A stretch of DNA of 64,000 nucleotides from a virus. Under the pieces are notes generated by a model. It did not search any database, was not told the DNA's origin, and worked only from the letters and a program-made list of their open reading frames with translations. Both the position numbers and the translations under genes were made by a program. The DNA is taken from the IMG/VR virus record IMGVR_UViG_3300024262_000019, positions 32,001-96,000 of that record, one strand, 5' to 3'. Numbering within the stretch: the stretch's first letter is position 1; the number at the start of each line of letters is the position of its first letter. This document shows positions 30,237 through 39,492 of the stretch, piece after piece.

Positions 30237-33056
30237 TCATCTTCCTGGCATGCCCATCTTTATCTCATTGATAAGCTGCCCTAACTCACCAAGACGCCTG
30301 GCTGTTTCATTGTTGGCGCCCATAATCGTATCTAGGTTGTCCTCAACCATTTTTTCGTGATCACGGTTTCCTTGGAATAATTCCTTCTCAGTTATTGGCC
30401 TATATCCGAGTTGCTGTCTCATTTGTGGCCATCTGCTGGACAGACCCCCAGCAGTACGTATTGAATGACGTAGATCTTCGGCAGCCTGAGTACTTCCACC
30501 CATCACTCCTGCCATTTGTTGCTGAGCTGCAGCTTGTTGGGTTTGGATCTCAGCTTGGGCAGCCTGCTGTTGGATCTGTCCCTGGTTTTGAACATCCATT
30601 TGCAGACCCATCGCCCTTGCCTGAATCTCTGCATCACTCAACTGCTCCTGGTGACGCTCTTTGATGATGTATTCGATCTCTTCTTCGCTAAGTCCAAATA
30701 CTTTCTGGAGAATCCAATGCAGAGAGACGAACTGCTGCATTCGCCCGGCGAAGTCTGCCTTGGCATTCCTGACCTCTAGCTGAGCAAGTTCGAAAATCGA
30801 ACTCGGCGTCGTCATGCAGATTTCAAAATCGACTGCGGCTGGATTGATATTCAGAGCAGCCAGGTGAACCCTGGCCATCTTCTTCATCCCGTTCCTCAGT
30901 TCGCGCTGTAAACGAAGGACAGTACGGGCAAATCGCACATCCTCCTGAGACAGCACACCCTTGGCACGCGGAGCCTCCGACCCAAGATAGACCTTGGGCA
31001 CCTTGATAGCCGCGTAGAGCTTCAGCTTGAAGTACTCGATATCCTCCATGTGCTGCCACGACGGGCTGCCCACGACATCGATTTTGGTCTGCTGCACACC
31101 CTTGCGAACAGGGACGAAGAAGTCCTCATCCTGTGACAGGGGATTATATTTCAGATCAAGCTTGCCGGTCTGGGGATTATAGAACTTGGTCTTCTTGTAC
31201 TGCTGACGGATCTTATGCAGGAATGCCATTGCCTCTTTTGGCGGCATATCTCCGACATCTATATAGAAAGCATACCGCTGAGGGGCTCGCTGCAGCCTGT
31301 AAACCATGGCCGCATCCTCAAGAAGCATAAGCCTCTTCCAGATCCACCTGGCCGGCTCAAGCATCGAGTAACCGTAGATAGACCTACGATGCCTGGAGCG
31401 CATCCGGAAGTGTGCAACCTCCCAATCCTCCAGGGCGGCGTACTTATCCTGCGTCTGAGACCCAGCACCAGCCATGCGTTGCGTCAGAAGTTGCTTAAAC
31501 TCATCCGGGCTGTACCCGAACCTGCCCTTGTAATCCTGGACAAACCCAAATAGCTCGCCTCGACGACCTTCGATTCGTCGCATCGTAGGTGGTGGCAAGA
31601 AGTTCAAGCCAACCAACCCGTCCTGCGTAACCAGAAGCTCTTCGTAGTCGTTTCCGTACTTTACTAAGGTTCTGGCTATCTCCCAGATTTCCTCATCCAT
31701 ACGAAGCCTACGCCAAAACAGATCTTCTAGAATCGTCTGGACTGTCTTGTCTGGACTGTCAATCCAGACCGCCCTGTTCTGCAAGGACTCCGTCTGAGTG
31801 GCGTCATCGGCATATATGTCAATAGCACTGTTATGAACAACAACTCCGTTACATACGAAGTTGTGATACCCAGGCACCTCCAGGTCAAAAACCTCAGGTC
31901 GCTCATCCAGCTCCTCAACCCTAACCACTCTGTGGTTATTATCGTCCTCGATCAGGTCATACCTGTCCAGGTTGCGCCTAGCGGTGCTCCATGAAACGTC
32001 AAGTATCCTTGCGGCCTCGGCAATGGTACCGCCAGAGGCATAGGCAGACTCAACCTGTTCCCGGCTCAGATCGATACGGTGTGCATCCCCTATTCTCTGT
32101 CGATGTATCGGAGATAGCGGCTTACCGCTGCGTGCCTCCGACTTACGTCGTCGAGTTTCAAGTGACTCACTCTTACCTTTCTTGTAAGAATTTCCAAGCA
32201 TAGCCTTGGATTTTTCCATTCGCCGCTGAGCAGTCCACTCAGGTAAATACTCTGAATTATCAATCTTAGCGATATGATGGAGCGCATGACTGGAGAAGCT
32301 CTCGACGCTTAGATTTTCAGGAGAGTTGTTGAGTTTATTTTCATCAATGTGATGAACGACGTCGCCAATTCCAGCGCCCATAAACCGCTCGCCAACAATC
32401 CTATGAACCCACGTCCATCGCTTCCCATCGGACGACCTGATCGTCGAGTCTGAATTTGGCTGATGAACTTCCCAGTACGGATCTGCGGCACAGCTATTCA
32501 GAGATCTCGTCCGCAAGACGCCGGGCATCAAACGTTGACCAGTAGCGAGTTCGCCGGCCTGCACCCACTTCTCATCCTTGGTGAAAAATAGATGGTCAGA
32601 GGTGCATACAATCTCCTGGCCGTTATCAAAGATAACCCTAACCATCTTCTTGGCATGACCGGCCTGTCCTGTAGCCCTAGCATTGCAAGCCCTTGCTGGA
32701 ACCAATGACTTAGATTCCCTGTCATATGACAGGACATGGAAGTCACCGCCACGACTAGCCAGATCCTCGATCCTCTCCCACCCGTATTCGAGTGTGAAAA
32801 CACGAGAATCGCCATGCAGGCACGACAGCTCCGGGTAGTCGTCCATCTCCTCGTAGTCCACAAACCTAGCCATAAGGTCGTGTTCAAGCTTGAGGTAATC
32901 AGATAGGACGTCATGCCCATAAGCCTGAAGAAGATCGAATCCAGTCTGTGGATATCCCGACGCAGTTCCGCCCTTGGCAAGGTTAAGAACTACCTGTTCT
33001 TTATCCCAACGAAGTAGCCCACGGACCTGATGTCCAACATTTCCCCAGAATCCCAC
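30237..33056 (-). CDS. Portal protein (T4 gp20 family) containing an intein
   Basis: YEEMD..PE..SAIDIYADD, YG.S.LE.AR..WK.L.L.EDA..VYR..RAP.R..FYIDVG.MP, EDFFVP.R, LK/IKVPK.YL. Confidence 0.95.
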   Translation of the reverse strand: MGFWGNVGHQVRGLLRWDKEQVVLNLAKGGTASGYPQTGFDLLQAYGHDVLSDYLKLEHDLMARFVDYEEMDDYPELSCLHGDSRVFTLEYGWERIEDLASRGGDFHVLSYDRESKSLVPARACNARATGQAGHAKKMVRVIFDNGQEIVCTSDHLFFTKDEKWVQAGELATGQRLMPGVLRTRSLNSCAADPYWEVHQPNSDSTIRSSDGKRWTWVHRIVGERFMGAGIGDVVHHIDENKLNNSPENLSVESFSSHALHHIAKIDNSEYLPEWTAQRRMEKSKAMLGNSYKKGKSESLETRRRKSEARSGKPLSPIHRQRIGDAHRIDLSREQVESAYASGGTIAEAARILDVSWSTARRNLDRYDLIEDDNNHRVVRVEELDERPEVFDLEVPGYHNFVCNGVVVHNSAIDIYADDATQTESLQNRAVWIDSPDKTVQTILEDLFWRRLRMDEEIWEIARTLVKYGNDYEELLVTQDGLVGLNFLPPPTMRRIEGRRGELFGFVQDYKGRFGYSPDEFKQLLTQRMAGAGSQTQDKYAALEDWEVAHFRMRSRHRRSIYGYSMLEPARWIWKRLMLLEDAAMVYRLQRAPQRYAFYIDVGDMPPKEAMAFLHKIRQQYKKTKFYNPQTGKLDLKYNPLSQDEDFFVPVRKGVQQTKIDVVGSPSWQHMEDIEYFKLKLYAAIKVPKVYLGSEAPRAKGVLSQEDVRFARTVLRLQRELRNGMKKMARVHLAALNINPAAVDFEICMTTPSSIFELAQLEVRNAKADFAGRMQQFVSLHWILQKVFGLSEEEIEYIIKERHQEQLSDAEIQARAMGLQMDVQNQGQIQQQAAQAEIQTQQAAAQQQMAGVMGGSTQAAEDLRHSIRTAGGLSSRWPQMRQQLGYRPITEKELFQGNRDHEKMVEDNLDTIMGANNETARRLGELGQLINEIKMGMPGR
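31830..32822 (-). mobile_element. Intein in portal (331 aa) with HNH endonuclease, NUMOD3-like and HTH motifs
   Basis: CLHGDS start, CTSDH block B, VHHIDENKLNNSPENL, FDLEV...HNF...VVVHN followed by Ser. Confidence 0.93.
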
Positions 33057-33082
33057 GGATTAACCCTGCCCCATCGTTGATG

Positions 33083-33379
33083 TCATAATTCATCCTCCCC
33101 AAGCCGATGCATAACTACCCTAGTAGCCCAGCACCATGCGCTTGAGATAAATCCACTAGCTACAAGATCTAACCAGAATGGTAGCCCCGTACCAGGAGTA
33201 AGACCGAGCCAGCACCAAAGCACTCCAACTGGAACGCTGAGACACATTGGGCACTCGATCCAATAGCCAAGCACCGGAGTGAACTTGAGTAAGTCTCGCA
33301 GCCATTCGAAGATCTTCCCACCTGTTACGATGTTGGTAACACCATAACAAGCTAGAAGAAAGCAGATCAGTTGAATCAT
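33083..33379 (-). CDS. DUF1360-like membrane protein
   Basis: YG.T.I......F..LR...CPMC....G pattern with hydrophobic helices. Confidence 0.7.
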   Translation of the reverse strand: MIQLICFLLACYGVTNIVTGGKIFEWLRDLLKFTPVLGYWIECPMCLSVPVGVLWCWLGLTPGTGLPFWLDLVASGFISSAWCWATRVVMHRLGEDEL

Positions 33380-33420
33380 TTTGGGACCATTAACGCCGAG
33401 TAATCACACGGACTACTCGG

Positions 33421-33495
33421 CTAGGGTAAGCAGCCGTTCTTACAACGTCGAACGGGCTGCAGCATCCATCTATCGAACTCATTTTGCAATGCCAT
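33421..33495 (-). CDS. Putative 24-aa Cys-containing peptide
   Basis: MALQNEFDRWMLQPVRRCKNGCLP, AAGGA RBS, fills the gap upstream of the DUF1360-like gene; below the ORF track cutoff. Confidence 0.45.
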   Translation of the reverse strand: MALQNEFDRWMLQPVRRCKNGCLP

Positions 33496-33507
33496 AGATC
33501 TATCCTT

Positions 33508-33771
33508 CTACTCTTCCAGAAAAATATTTTCCTCTGCCTCTGGATCTGAAACTACTACCGAAGCGCACACAGCATCGACAGGAATTGGTTTGTGATCACC
33601 AAAGTCAGCCGGGCTTGGACCAGACTGCCCACGCGCATCGCACCATTTCTTCTCTGCATTACTGCCAAACCCTAAAGCCTCCCTGATGAGCCTTTCCTCA
33701 AGTTGATTTCTCTCAACTTTTTCAGAAACATCAGAAGTTTCACATGCCTTAAGTTCATCGGTGTTGGACAT
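33508..33771 (-). CDS. Hypothetical protein
   Basis: 87-aa ORF in a tightly packed operon. Confidence 0.55.
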   Translation of the reverse strand: MSNTDELKACETSDVSEKVERNQLEERLIREALGFGSNAEKKWCDARGQSGPSPADFGDHKPIPVDAVCASVVVSDPEAEENIFLEE

Positions 33772-33774
33772 CGA

Positions 33775-34113
33775 CTACCAAGCCTCTACGTGAAAGGTTG
33801 ACCCGACACCTCGTACATAGATGCCACCCTCATAGCGGTCCCAGTAAGTATTCTGAGTGCCAGCCAAGACGAATCCATGAACATTTACGCCGTCAAACGA
33901 GAACTCAACATCTGCTGTGATGGCTCTGATGCAAAGGCCCACACTCCACGCTTGCTCAGGCTCAGCAGGATCCTTTGGATCAACTCTAACAAAAGAGAAT
34001 TGGTTATCAACAAAGTTAGCCGTCCCAGAACCAGTCTCATAAAATCTGATTGATTTTATATTAGTCGGAAGTGGAGGTGGCAGAACTGGAGCTAGTACAC
34101 CTGGACTAGACAT
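33775..34113 (-). CDS. Hypothetical beta-rich protein
   Basis: 112 aa, EFSFDG...HG motif, GGAGG RBS. Confidence 0.6.
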   Translation of the reverse strand: MSSPGVLAPVLPPPLPTNIKSIRFYETGSGTANFVDNQFSFVRVDPKDPAEPEQAWSVGLCIRAITADVEFSFDGVNVHGFVLAGTQNTYWDRYEGGIYVRGVGSTFHVEAW

Positions 34114-34117
34114 CTAA

Positions 34118-34504
34118 CTACGCCTCCTTGACCGCAGCCGCTTCAGGCTTGACCTTGGCACCATCGAATAACTTGGACTCGATGAGCATAGACAGCTCGG
34201 AGGTAGCCTTCTCTGGAAGCTTCATGGCATTAAGCTGGGCATTGACGAACTTCATAGCCTCGTCGAGCTTCTGCTGGCCACCAGTCTTCTCAGCGTCACT
34301 CTTGACAGCCTTTAGACTCTTCTGCTCAACAGCTTTGATCCCCTTGAGAACCAGCTCGTCAACCTTATCGTCGTACTTCAAAGCGCTCTCCAGGTGCCAC
34401 TTCTTGGCAGCCGCCTGCATTGCCCTGTTGACTAATAGTAAAACCACAGGTGTCAACACTGCGAATACTAGAGGTATCAAATTTTCAAGAACCGTTTTCC
34501 ACAT
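34118..34504 (-). CDS. Putative holin (LL-H-like)
   Basis: One N-terminal TM helix, then .V..AVEQ....G..KL..A...V.....IE pattern. Confidence 0.6.
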   Translation of the reverse strand: MWKTVLENLIPLVFAVLTPVVLLLVNRAMQAAAKKWHLESALKYDDKVDELVLKGIKAVEQKSLKAVKSDAEKTGGQQKLDEAMKFVNAQLNAMKLPEKATSELSMLIESKLFDGAKVKPEAAAVKEA

Positions 34505-34511
34505 ATCTATT

Positions 34512-34781
34512 CTATCTCCCTTTGTTACGCCTCATAACCATATCAGGCTCAGGACGAGGTTCGGATCTATCCACAGGTTTATGATCAGATCTGCTCGCGG
34601 ACTGAAGATACTGCAAAACAGCTTTTTGCAACACCTCCCCAACCGAACATCCCTCCTCTCTGGCGAACTGCGACAAGATAGAATAGGTCACCACTGGCAT
34701 CAGCAGAAACGTGAACTCAGTCTCTTGAGCATCTCCCAGGGCATTACCGATTTCATCTATTGGATCTGCTTTAACCTTCAT
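34512..34781 (-). CDS. Ribbon-helix-helix (CopG-like) protein
   Basis: FTFLL....Y..L...A..EG.SV.EVLQKAV..YL. Confidence 0.55.
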   Translation of the reverse strand: MKVKADPIDEIGNALGDAQETEFTFLLMPVVTYSILSQFAREEGCSVGEVLQKAVLQYLQSASRSDHKPVDRSEPRPEPDMVMRRNKGR

Positions 34782-34797
34782 AATTCATCTCAACATC

Positions 34798-34835
34798 AAG
34801 AGTAATCAATGGATTACGATCATCCATATTACTCT
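34798..34835 (-). terminator. Intergenic stem-loop (possible terminator or processing site)
   Basis: AGAGTAAT-ATGGAT...ATCCAT-TG-ATTACTCT inverted repeat; no clear U tract. Confidence 0.4.
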
Positions 34836-34841
34836 GAATAA

Positions 34842-35549
34842 TTATGGGATAGGAGATCCGTCCCGCTTGGCTGCGAGTGACCCCTGGTCTGAGAGATACC
34901 ATTCGATACCCATCTCCAACAGTCTCAGCTCAGACGGATCCATTTGCCCCCTGTGGATCCCAGACTTAGACATCGCATTAAGCAAAACAGAGTGTTTAGG
35001 CATAGTCTTGTTCATGGCCATAATCTCAAGAGCCTTGTCCCAGATGCGCCATGCGTACTCAGTTCTAAATGCTAAGCCTGGAGACTTCTTGAGATCATAG
35101 ACTCCACCTTTGAACTCTGGATCTGAATAGAATCCAGGACCACCAATCGTTGGGCCACCCTTACGCATTGCCACGGATCCAAAGCTAGGAACTGAGTATC
35201 CTCCCCATGATGGATTCGGAGAGCTACTCCATGAGTGATTGGCAAAATACTCAACAAGGCCCATAGATCTCCTCATCTCATGAAGAACCTTGAGCTTAGA
35301 TGGCCTAATCCCTTCAGCAGCTGGTGCCGGTGCCGGCACCGAACTATCTGGAAGTCCTAAGCTCACATTCGCAGACCCAGGACGATAGGTGTATGGAGTA
35401 CCCATCTTCGACGGATGAAGTACCGGGAAAACGCTATTCCACTTCCTTCGGCACTTTGACCTGGTATCACCAGATTTACACGGACCACCAGTGGACTTAG
35501 GTGCCTTGCCAGCCTCTGACATGACCTTTGCCAAGAGCTTCATATCCAT
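34842..35549 (-). CDS. Hypothetical protein
   Basis: 235 aa; contains VLHEMRRSMGL motif. Confidence 0.65.
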   Translation of the reverse strand: MDMKLLAKVMSEAGKAPKSTGGPCKSGDTRSKCRRKWNSVFPVLHPSKMGTPYTYRPGSANVSLGLPDSSVPAPAPAAEGIRPSKLKVLHEMRRSMGLVEYFANHSWSSSPNPSWGGYSVPSFGSVAMRKGGPTIGGPGFYSDPEFKGGVYDLKKSPGLAFRTEYAWRIWDKALEIMAMNKTMPKHSVLLNAMSKSGIHRGQMDPSELRLLEMGIEWYLSDQGSLAAKRDGSPIP

Positions 35550-35851
35550 TACCTGCGTGCCCTCTTAGCGTCATTCTCAAGCTTCTCAAGCTGCCTAAGT
35601 GCGGCATCCAGTCTTCGGAACAGACTTCTCAGCTTGACGCGAGCGCCTTGAATGTTTCCCTTAGCCAGCGATCTACTCAGCTGCAACATCATCGTTCCAT
35701 TGATTTGCATCATCTGAGCAAGTGCAGCCGTCTGACTAGCTGGAACCCTGAACGATGGAGATGGAGGCTCCCAGGACTCATCGATATCGTCGTACATAAC
35801 GACATGCTCAGTGAGTCCGCGTATTTCTCTCTTGAAGAATCCCATGTTCAC
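35549..35851 (-). CDS. Hypothetical protein
   Basis: 100-aa ORF coupled to the TerL stop. Confidence 0.6.
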   Translation of the reverse strand: MNMGFFKREIRGLTEHVVMYDDIDESWEPPSPSFRVPASQTAALAQMMQINGTMMLQLSRSLAKGNIQGARVKLRSLFRRLDAALRQLEKLENDAKRARR

Positions 35852-38800
35852 CCCTGCAGGAACGGCAGCATAATCGTATCGTCTTCAACCATCTCCCGCT
35901 GCTCCTCTGCCTCTGGATTGGAGAAGTTGGATATGCCTTTAATAACACCCATAGGAGATCCGTGGTAGCTGGTCGTCAAGCTGTACGTGATACCAGCCAA
36001 TGCATCAGACACATCCTTACTGCCGAGGCGAGGATGATCAACCTTGTTGCGCACGTTATCTCGTTGAATCGACTTAAGCTCATCGAGCAACGGCTTGTAG
36101 TCATAGAAGCTGATGCGGTTCTCGTAGATCGCAGATTTCAAAACATCGTAGGCATCCATCGGCTTATCCACCGACAGCCTCTCGGCGGTGATGCCCTTCT
36201 TTGAGAACTTCTGAAGAGAGTCTGCTGAATTGAATTGATCCATCGTGACCAATCCAATTGAGAATCCGTAATGCTGGAATTGGTAAACGAGGGCTCTGAT
36301 CATTCCATAGTCAATCTCCCCGCCGATCGGAGGGTTGATACGAAGCAGCATATCTACCCAGACCCTAGGAGCTGGCTCTGTATATTGCTCCTGGGTCTCC
36401 GGGTCTCTGCGAACAATCGTCTTGTACCCAGTCACGCAGCCGATAGCAAAACCAGTCGAATCTGAGTTAAGTGATGGATCGATATGCACATGCCTGGCTA
36501 GCCCTGGGTAGAACTTAGGCTGCCATATCTGACTCATGCTAGCGCCTTCTCTGACGCTCACCTGCTTCGCCAGCTTCGTCCAATTGACACTTCCGCCGTC
36601 TGTTTGAACCCACTCCTCGACACTGAATGGATGCGACCTGTTCACATCGATACATGGGACGATTTTGTCTAGCTGCTGAATGAAAGGAGAAACGGATACG
36701 GTCGCAATACCAGCAACGTCTCGAATCGAGTCTTCCAAGTTGTTATCAAAATCGTTCCTATAGTCGATAGGAACATCAACGATAACCATGCCCTCCTGGA
36801 GCTTCTCGCGGACCGCTTCCACCTCATCTGGCTCAAGTATCTTACTCGGCACCAGGTCATTGCCGACTAAAACGGAGAACATCTCCTCCGACAGGGTCCC
36901 TTTTGGCTTCACATGCCAGGTTGCATAGTCACGGACGAATAGCGTCGGATCGTCGGCTGATTCTTTAATCCTCTTGGCAGTAAAGTCATCCCTGGTCTGC
37001 TTAGAGGAAACGACAAGCATCATACCTGGAAGCTTGCCGTGCTTCTGGAATCGAGACTTCATACGACGCATCAGTTGGTCGTAGAGAAACTGAGCCCTGT
37101 CTCCACCGCCGAAACGGCTCTCCATGCCACCCTTCTTCTTCATGGGTGCCATGAAGTTAGACTCGTCGATCATCGCCGCAAAAACGTTGAGACCAAGTGC
37201 CGCACTATCGGTCGATGCTCGCGCAGCAACCTGAACGTGGTTAGGGAATTGGATCTCCTTCTTGAGCGGCTTGTATGGAAAGTTCTCCATAAAATAATCG
37301 CTCTCTTTGATTTTGTTTACGATGTTCTCGAAGGCAACCTTAATCGCAAGGTCCTCCTTGACCGACAGGACGATCAGCGTGATGTCAGATCCTTTACCGA
37401 TGCCAAAGCTCTTGTGCGGATCTCGCATGCAGGACAGCTCATATAGAATCCTGCAAGCAGCTATAGACGCGAAAAATGTGTTGTGAATAATGATGCCGTT
37501 AGCGACAGCATTCTCCGTCCCTGGAACAGTCAGGTCGTAAACATCATGCCATCCGATGTCATCGATAGATTCGATACGCTCCCACACGACGTCCATATCA
37601 GCGAACTTGCGATACTCCCCCTGGTAACTCGTACTTCTACATAGCCTCTGGAATTTGTCGCGACCCATGCAGGAGCCCTTAGCCAGGGCCCCGCCAGCAT
37701 CATTCCACTCCTTATTGGTATGAGGACCAGTCTCCCTGCGGATGACCTTCAGCTCCTCTGTCGTTATCGGAACCAGGTCCCAGTTTGGATTGCCCTTGGT
37801 CGCTGACGCCTGAGCCAGCAACTTATCGCACTTAGACTCCTTGCCAGGGATTTTCCCAATGAACTCAAGAAACCTAAGCTGCATTGGTGCATCGGCAATC
37901 TGAAGTCGCCATGCGTCGAACCACTCCTTGGTCCCATCATCCTGTTTAATAGACTTCTTATGGTGGCTCTTTCTGGCGACGACCCCGAATCGCCTTAGCA
38001 AATACTGGACATCGTCAATGAGCCCCTCGCTGGCGAGCGCAATTTCAATCTTACGAGGACTTCCCGTGTAAACGTTCCCATCCGTAAACAAGCGATTCAG
38101 AAACAAAGCAAGCTGGCGGCTGTTCAACCCAAAGAACTTAGCCGGAACGCGCTTCTCTTTGGATAGGCAATCTATTCCAAGGCTACGCACCCAGTCCATG
38201 GCCCCTCGCACAGTCGTATACCAGGCACCGCGATCATATTTCTCACATCCGAATCCATCGAACCCTGGGATGTGCTCAGCACATAACTTGAAGTCGCCAA
38301 CAACTTCCTCGTCGCCTTTGATATAGACGCAGGAATTCGCAGTCAAGGAACCATCGGCAATCAAATAGGCAGCCACTTTGACGCACTCATCGGTAATCTC
38401 CAAAGTTGCAATCGGCTCAGGAACAGAGCGAGCGGCAGCCACAAAGCTGCCCGGTGCCAGGTCGAGTAGTGGCACATACCCTATTGGAGTAAGAACAGGG
38501 TGATCCTTACTTGCCTCCAGGTATTGTCCAGAGGCAAGGGTCATACGGAAGCACTGCTTGTGACCACACTTCCAAATCTTGGATGGGGGTCGATGCGCGA
38601 TCTCATTGCCATCAAGAGACGGAACCAGCACATCACGGTCCACGGCCTCTTCGATTGTCATTCTTCTCCCCGATACACCATCAACAAAAGAAGTCGTCGC
38701 TACGACCGATTTTCCCCATCCGATGCTGTTATGTACTTGAAATCCTTCACAAAAAAACGAATTACCGTTAGGTACACCGATGTCTCCGACCTCAATCGTT

Positions 38801-39492
38801 CCGCCATCCCCTAGACCGTCAATACGAGCCCAGCCATCACTGGCAGTTCTAACGAAATCCTCCCCGGGAACAACATCTTTCGCCTCAACCCACCCACGAC
38901 GAGTCATCACTTTATGCTCGGGTGTCAGGCGCAGGCTGGCCCCGTTGCTTACTGTAATCCTGACAGTGTCGCGCACCCCTGAGTGCCTGGCTTCGATAGT
39001 TTCAGCAAAGCCGACCTTACCATCTGGATATGCAAGGACTCTTGGGGAGTCGCCGCTTGCATCGAGGATCTGCCTGAGAGATGTGACCACTCCACCCTCC
39101 GCAACAATGCTTGCATCCAGATCTACACACCCCGTGAGAACTGCCTCACCGTAGTTGCCGCTGAACAGCTCCTTCATGTCCTCCTTGAGCTTTGGATAGA
39201 GCACATCGCATGTCTTCCCTAGGTAGTAGGGATCCATTACGAAGGTCTCAATATCCACCGGTCTTGTCTTGAACTCAGCCTCATTGAGAACATCTATGAT
39301 CCTTGGAGGCCCCTCCTCTCCTTCGACCATCTGCAGTTCATTAAATGCCGGGTCGTCCATCTCCTTGAGGCACAGCAAGACCGCCTCCCTCTCCTCCGGG
39401 GAAAGACTATCGAACTCATCCTTGAGAAGCTTGACCACCTCCTCCGGGGTCTGCTCGCTACGAACGCGACCACCTAAATCCCTGATCGCCAT
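35848..39492 (-). CDS. terL: Terminase large subunit with two inteins
   Basis: Spliced Walker A LTG-SIGWGK-T, Walker B MIDE, nuclease HID.S...D.TG, DQFNS, VDHP..GSKD.SDA. Confidence 0.95.
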   Translation of the reverse strand: MAIRDLGGRVRSEQTPEEVVKLLKDEFDSLSPEEREAVLLCLKEMDDPAFNELQMVEGEEGPPRIIDVLNEAEFKTRPVDIETFVMDPYYLGKTCDVLYPKLKEDMKELFSGNYGEAVLTGCVDLDASIVAEGGVVTSLRQILDASGDSPRVLAYPDGKVGFAETIEARHSGVRDTVRITVSNGASLRLTPEHKVMTRRGWVEAKDVVPGEDFVRTASDGWARIDGLGDGGTIEVGDIGVPNGNSFFCEGFQVHNSIGWGKSVVATTSFVDGVSGRRMTIEEAVDRDVLVPSLDGNEIAHRPPSKIWKCGHKQCFRMTLASGQYLEASKDHPVLTPIGYVPLLDLAPGSFVAAARSVPEPIATLEITDECVKVAAYLIADGSLTANSCVYIKGDEEVVGDFKLCAEHIPGFDGFGCEKYDRGAWYTTVRGAMDWVRSLGIDCLSKEKRVPAKFFGLNSRQLALFLNRLFTDGNVYTGSPRKIEIALASEGLIDDVQYLLRRFGVVARKSHHKKSIKQDDGTKEWFDAWRLQIADAPMQLRFLEFIGKIPGKESKCDKLLAQASATKGNPNWDLVPITTEELKVIRRETGPHTNKEWNDAGGALAKGSCMGRDKFQRLCRSTSYQGEYRKFADMDVVWERIESIDDIGWHDVYDLTVPGTENAVANGIIIHNTFFASIAACRILYELSCMRDPHKSFGIGKGSDITLIVLSVKEDLAIKVAFENIVNKIKESDYFMENFPYKPLKKEIQFPNHVQVAARASTDSAALGLNVFAAMIDESNFMAPMKKKGGMESRFGGGDRAQFLYDQLMRRMKSRFQKHGKLPGMMLVVSSKQTRDDFTAKRIKESADDPTLFVRDYATWHVKPKGTLSEEMFSVLVGNDLVPSKILEPDEVEAVREKLQEGMVIVDVPIDYRNDFDNNLEDSIRDVAGIATVSVSPFIQQLDKIVPCIDVNRSHPFSVEEWVQTDGGSVNWTKLAKQVSVREGASMSQIWQPKFYPGLARHVHIDPSLNSDSTGFAIGCVTGYKTIVRRDPETQEQYTEPAPRVWVDMLLRINPPIGGEIDYGMIRALVYQFQHYGFSIGLVTMDQFNSADSLQKFSKKGITAERLSVDKPMDAYDVLKSAIYENRISFYDYKPLLDELKSIQRDNVRNKVDHPRLGSKDVSDALAGITYSLTTSYHGSPMGVIKGISNFSNPEAEEQREMVEDDTIMLPFLQG
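37480..38709 (-). mobile_element. TerL intein 2 (410 aa, Ser-initiated, LAGLIDADG)
   Basis: SVVATT start after GK; AYLIADG and FLNRLFTDG; YDLTV...IIIHN followed by Thr. Confidence 0.9.
38728..39129 (-). mobile_element. TerL intein 1 (134-aa mini-intein)
   Basis: CVDLDA start, LTPEH block B, FQVHN followed by Ser; no endonuclease domain. Confidence 0.9.
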
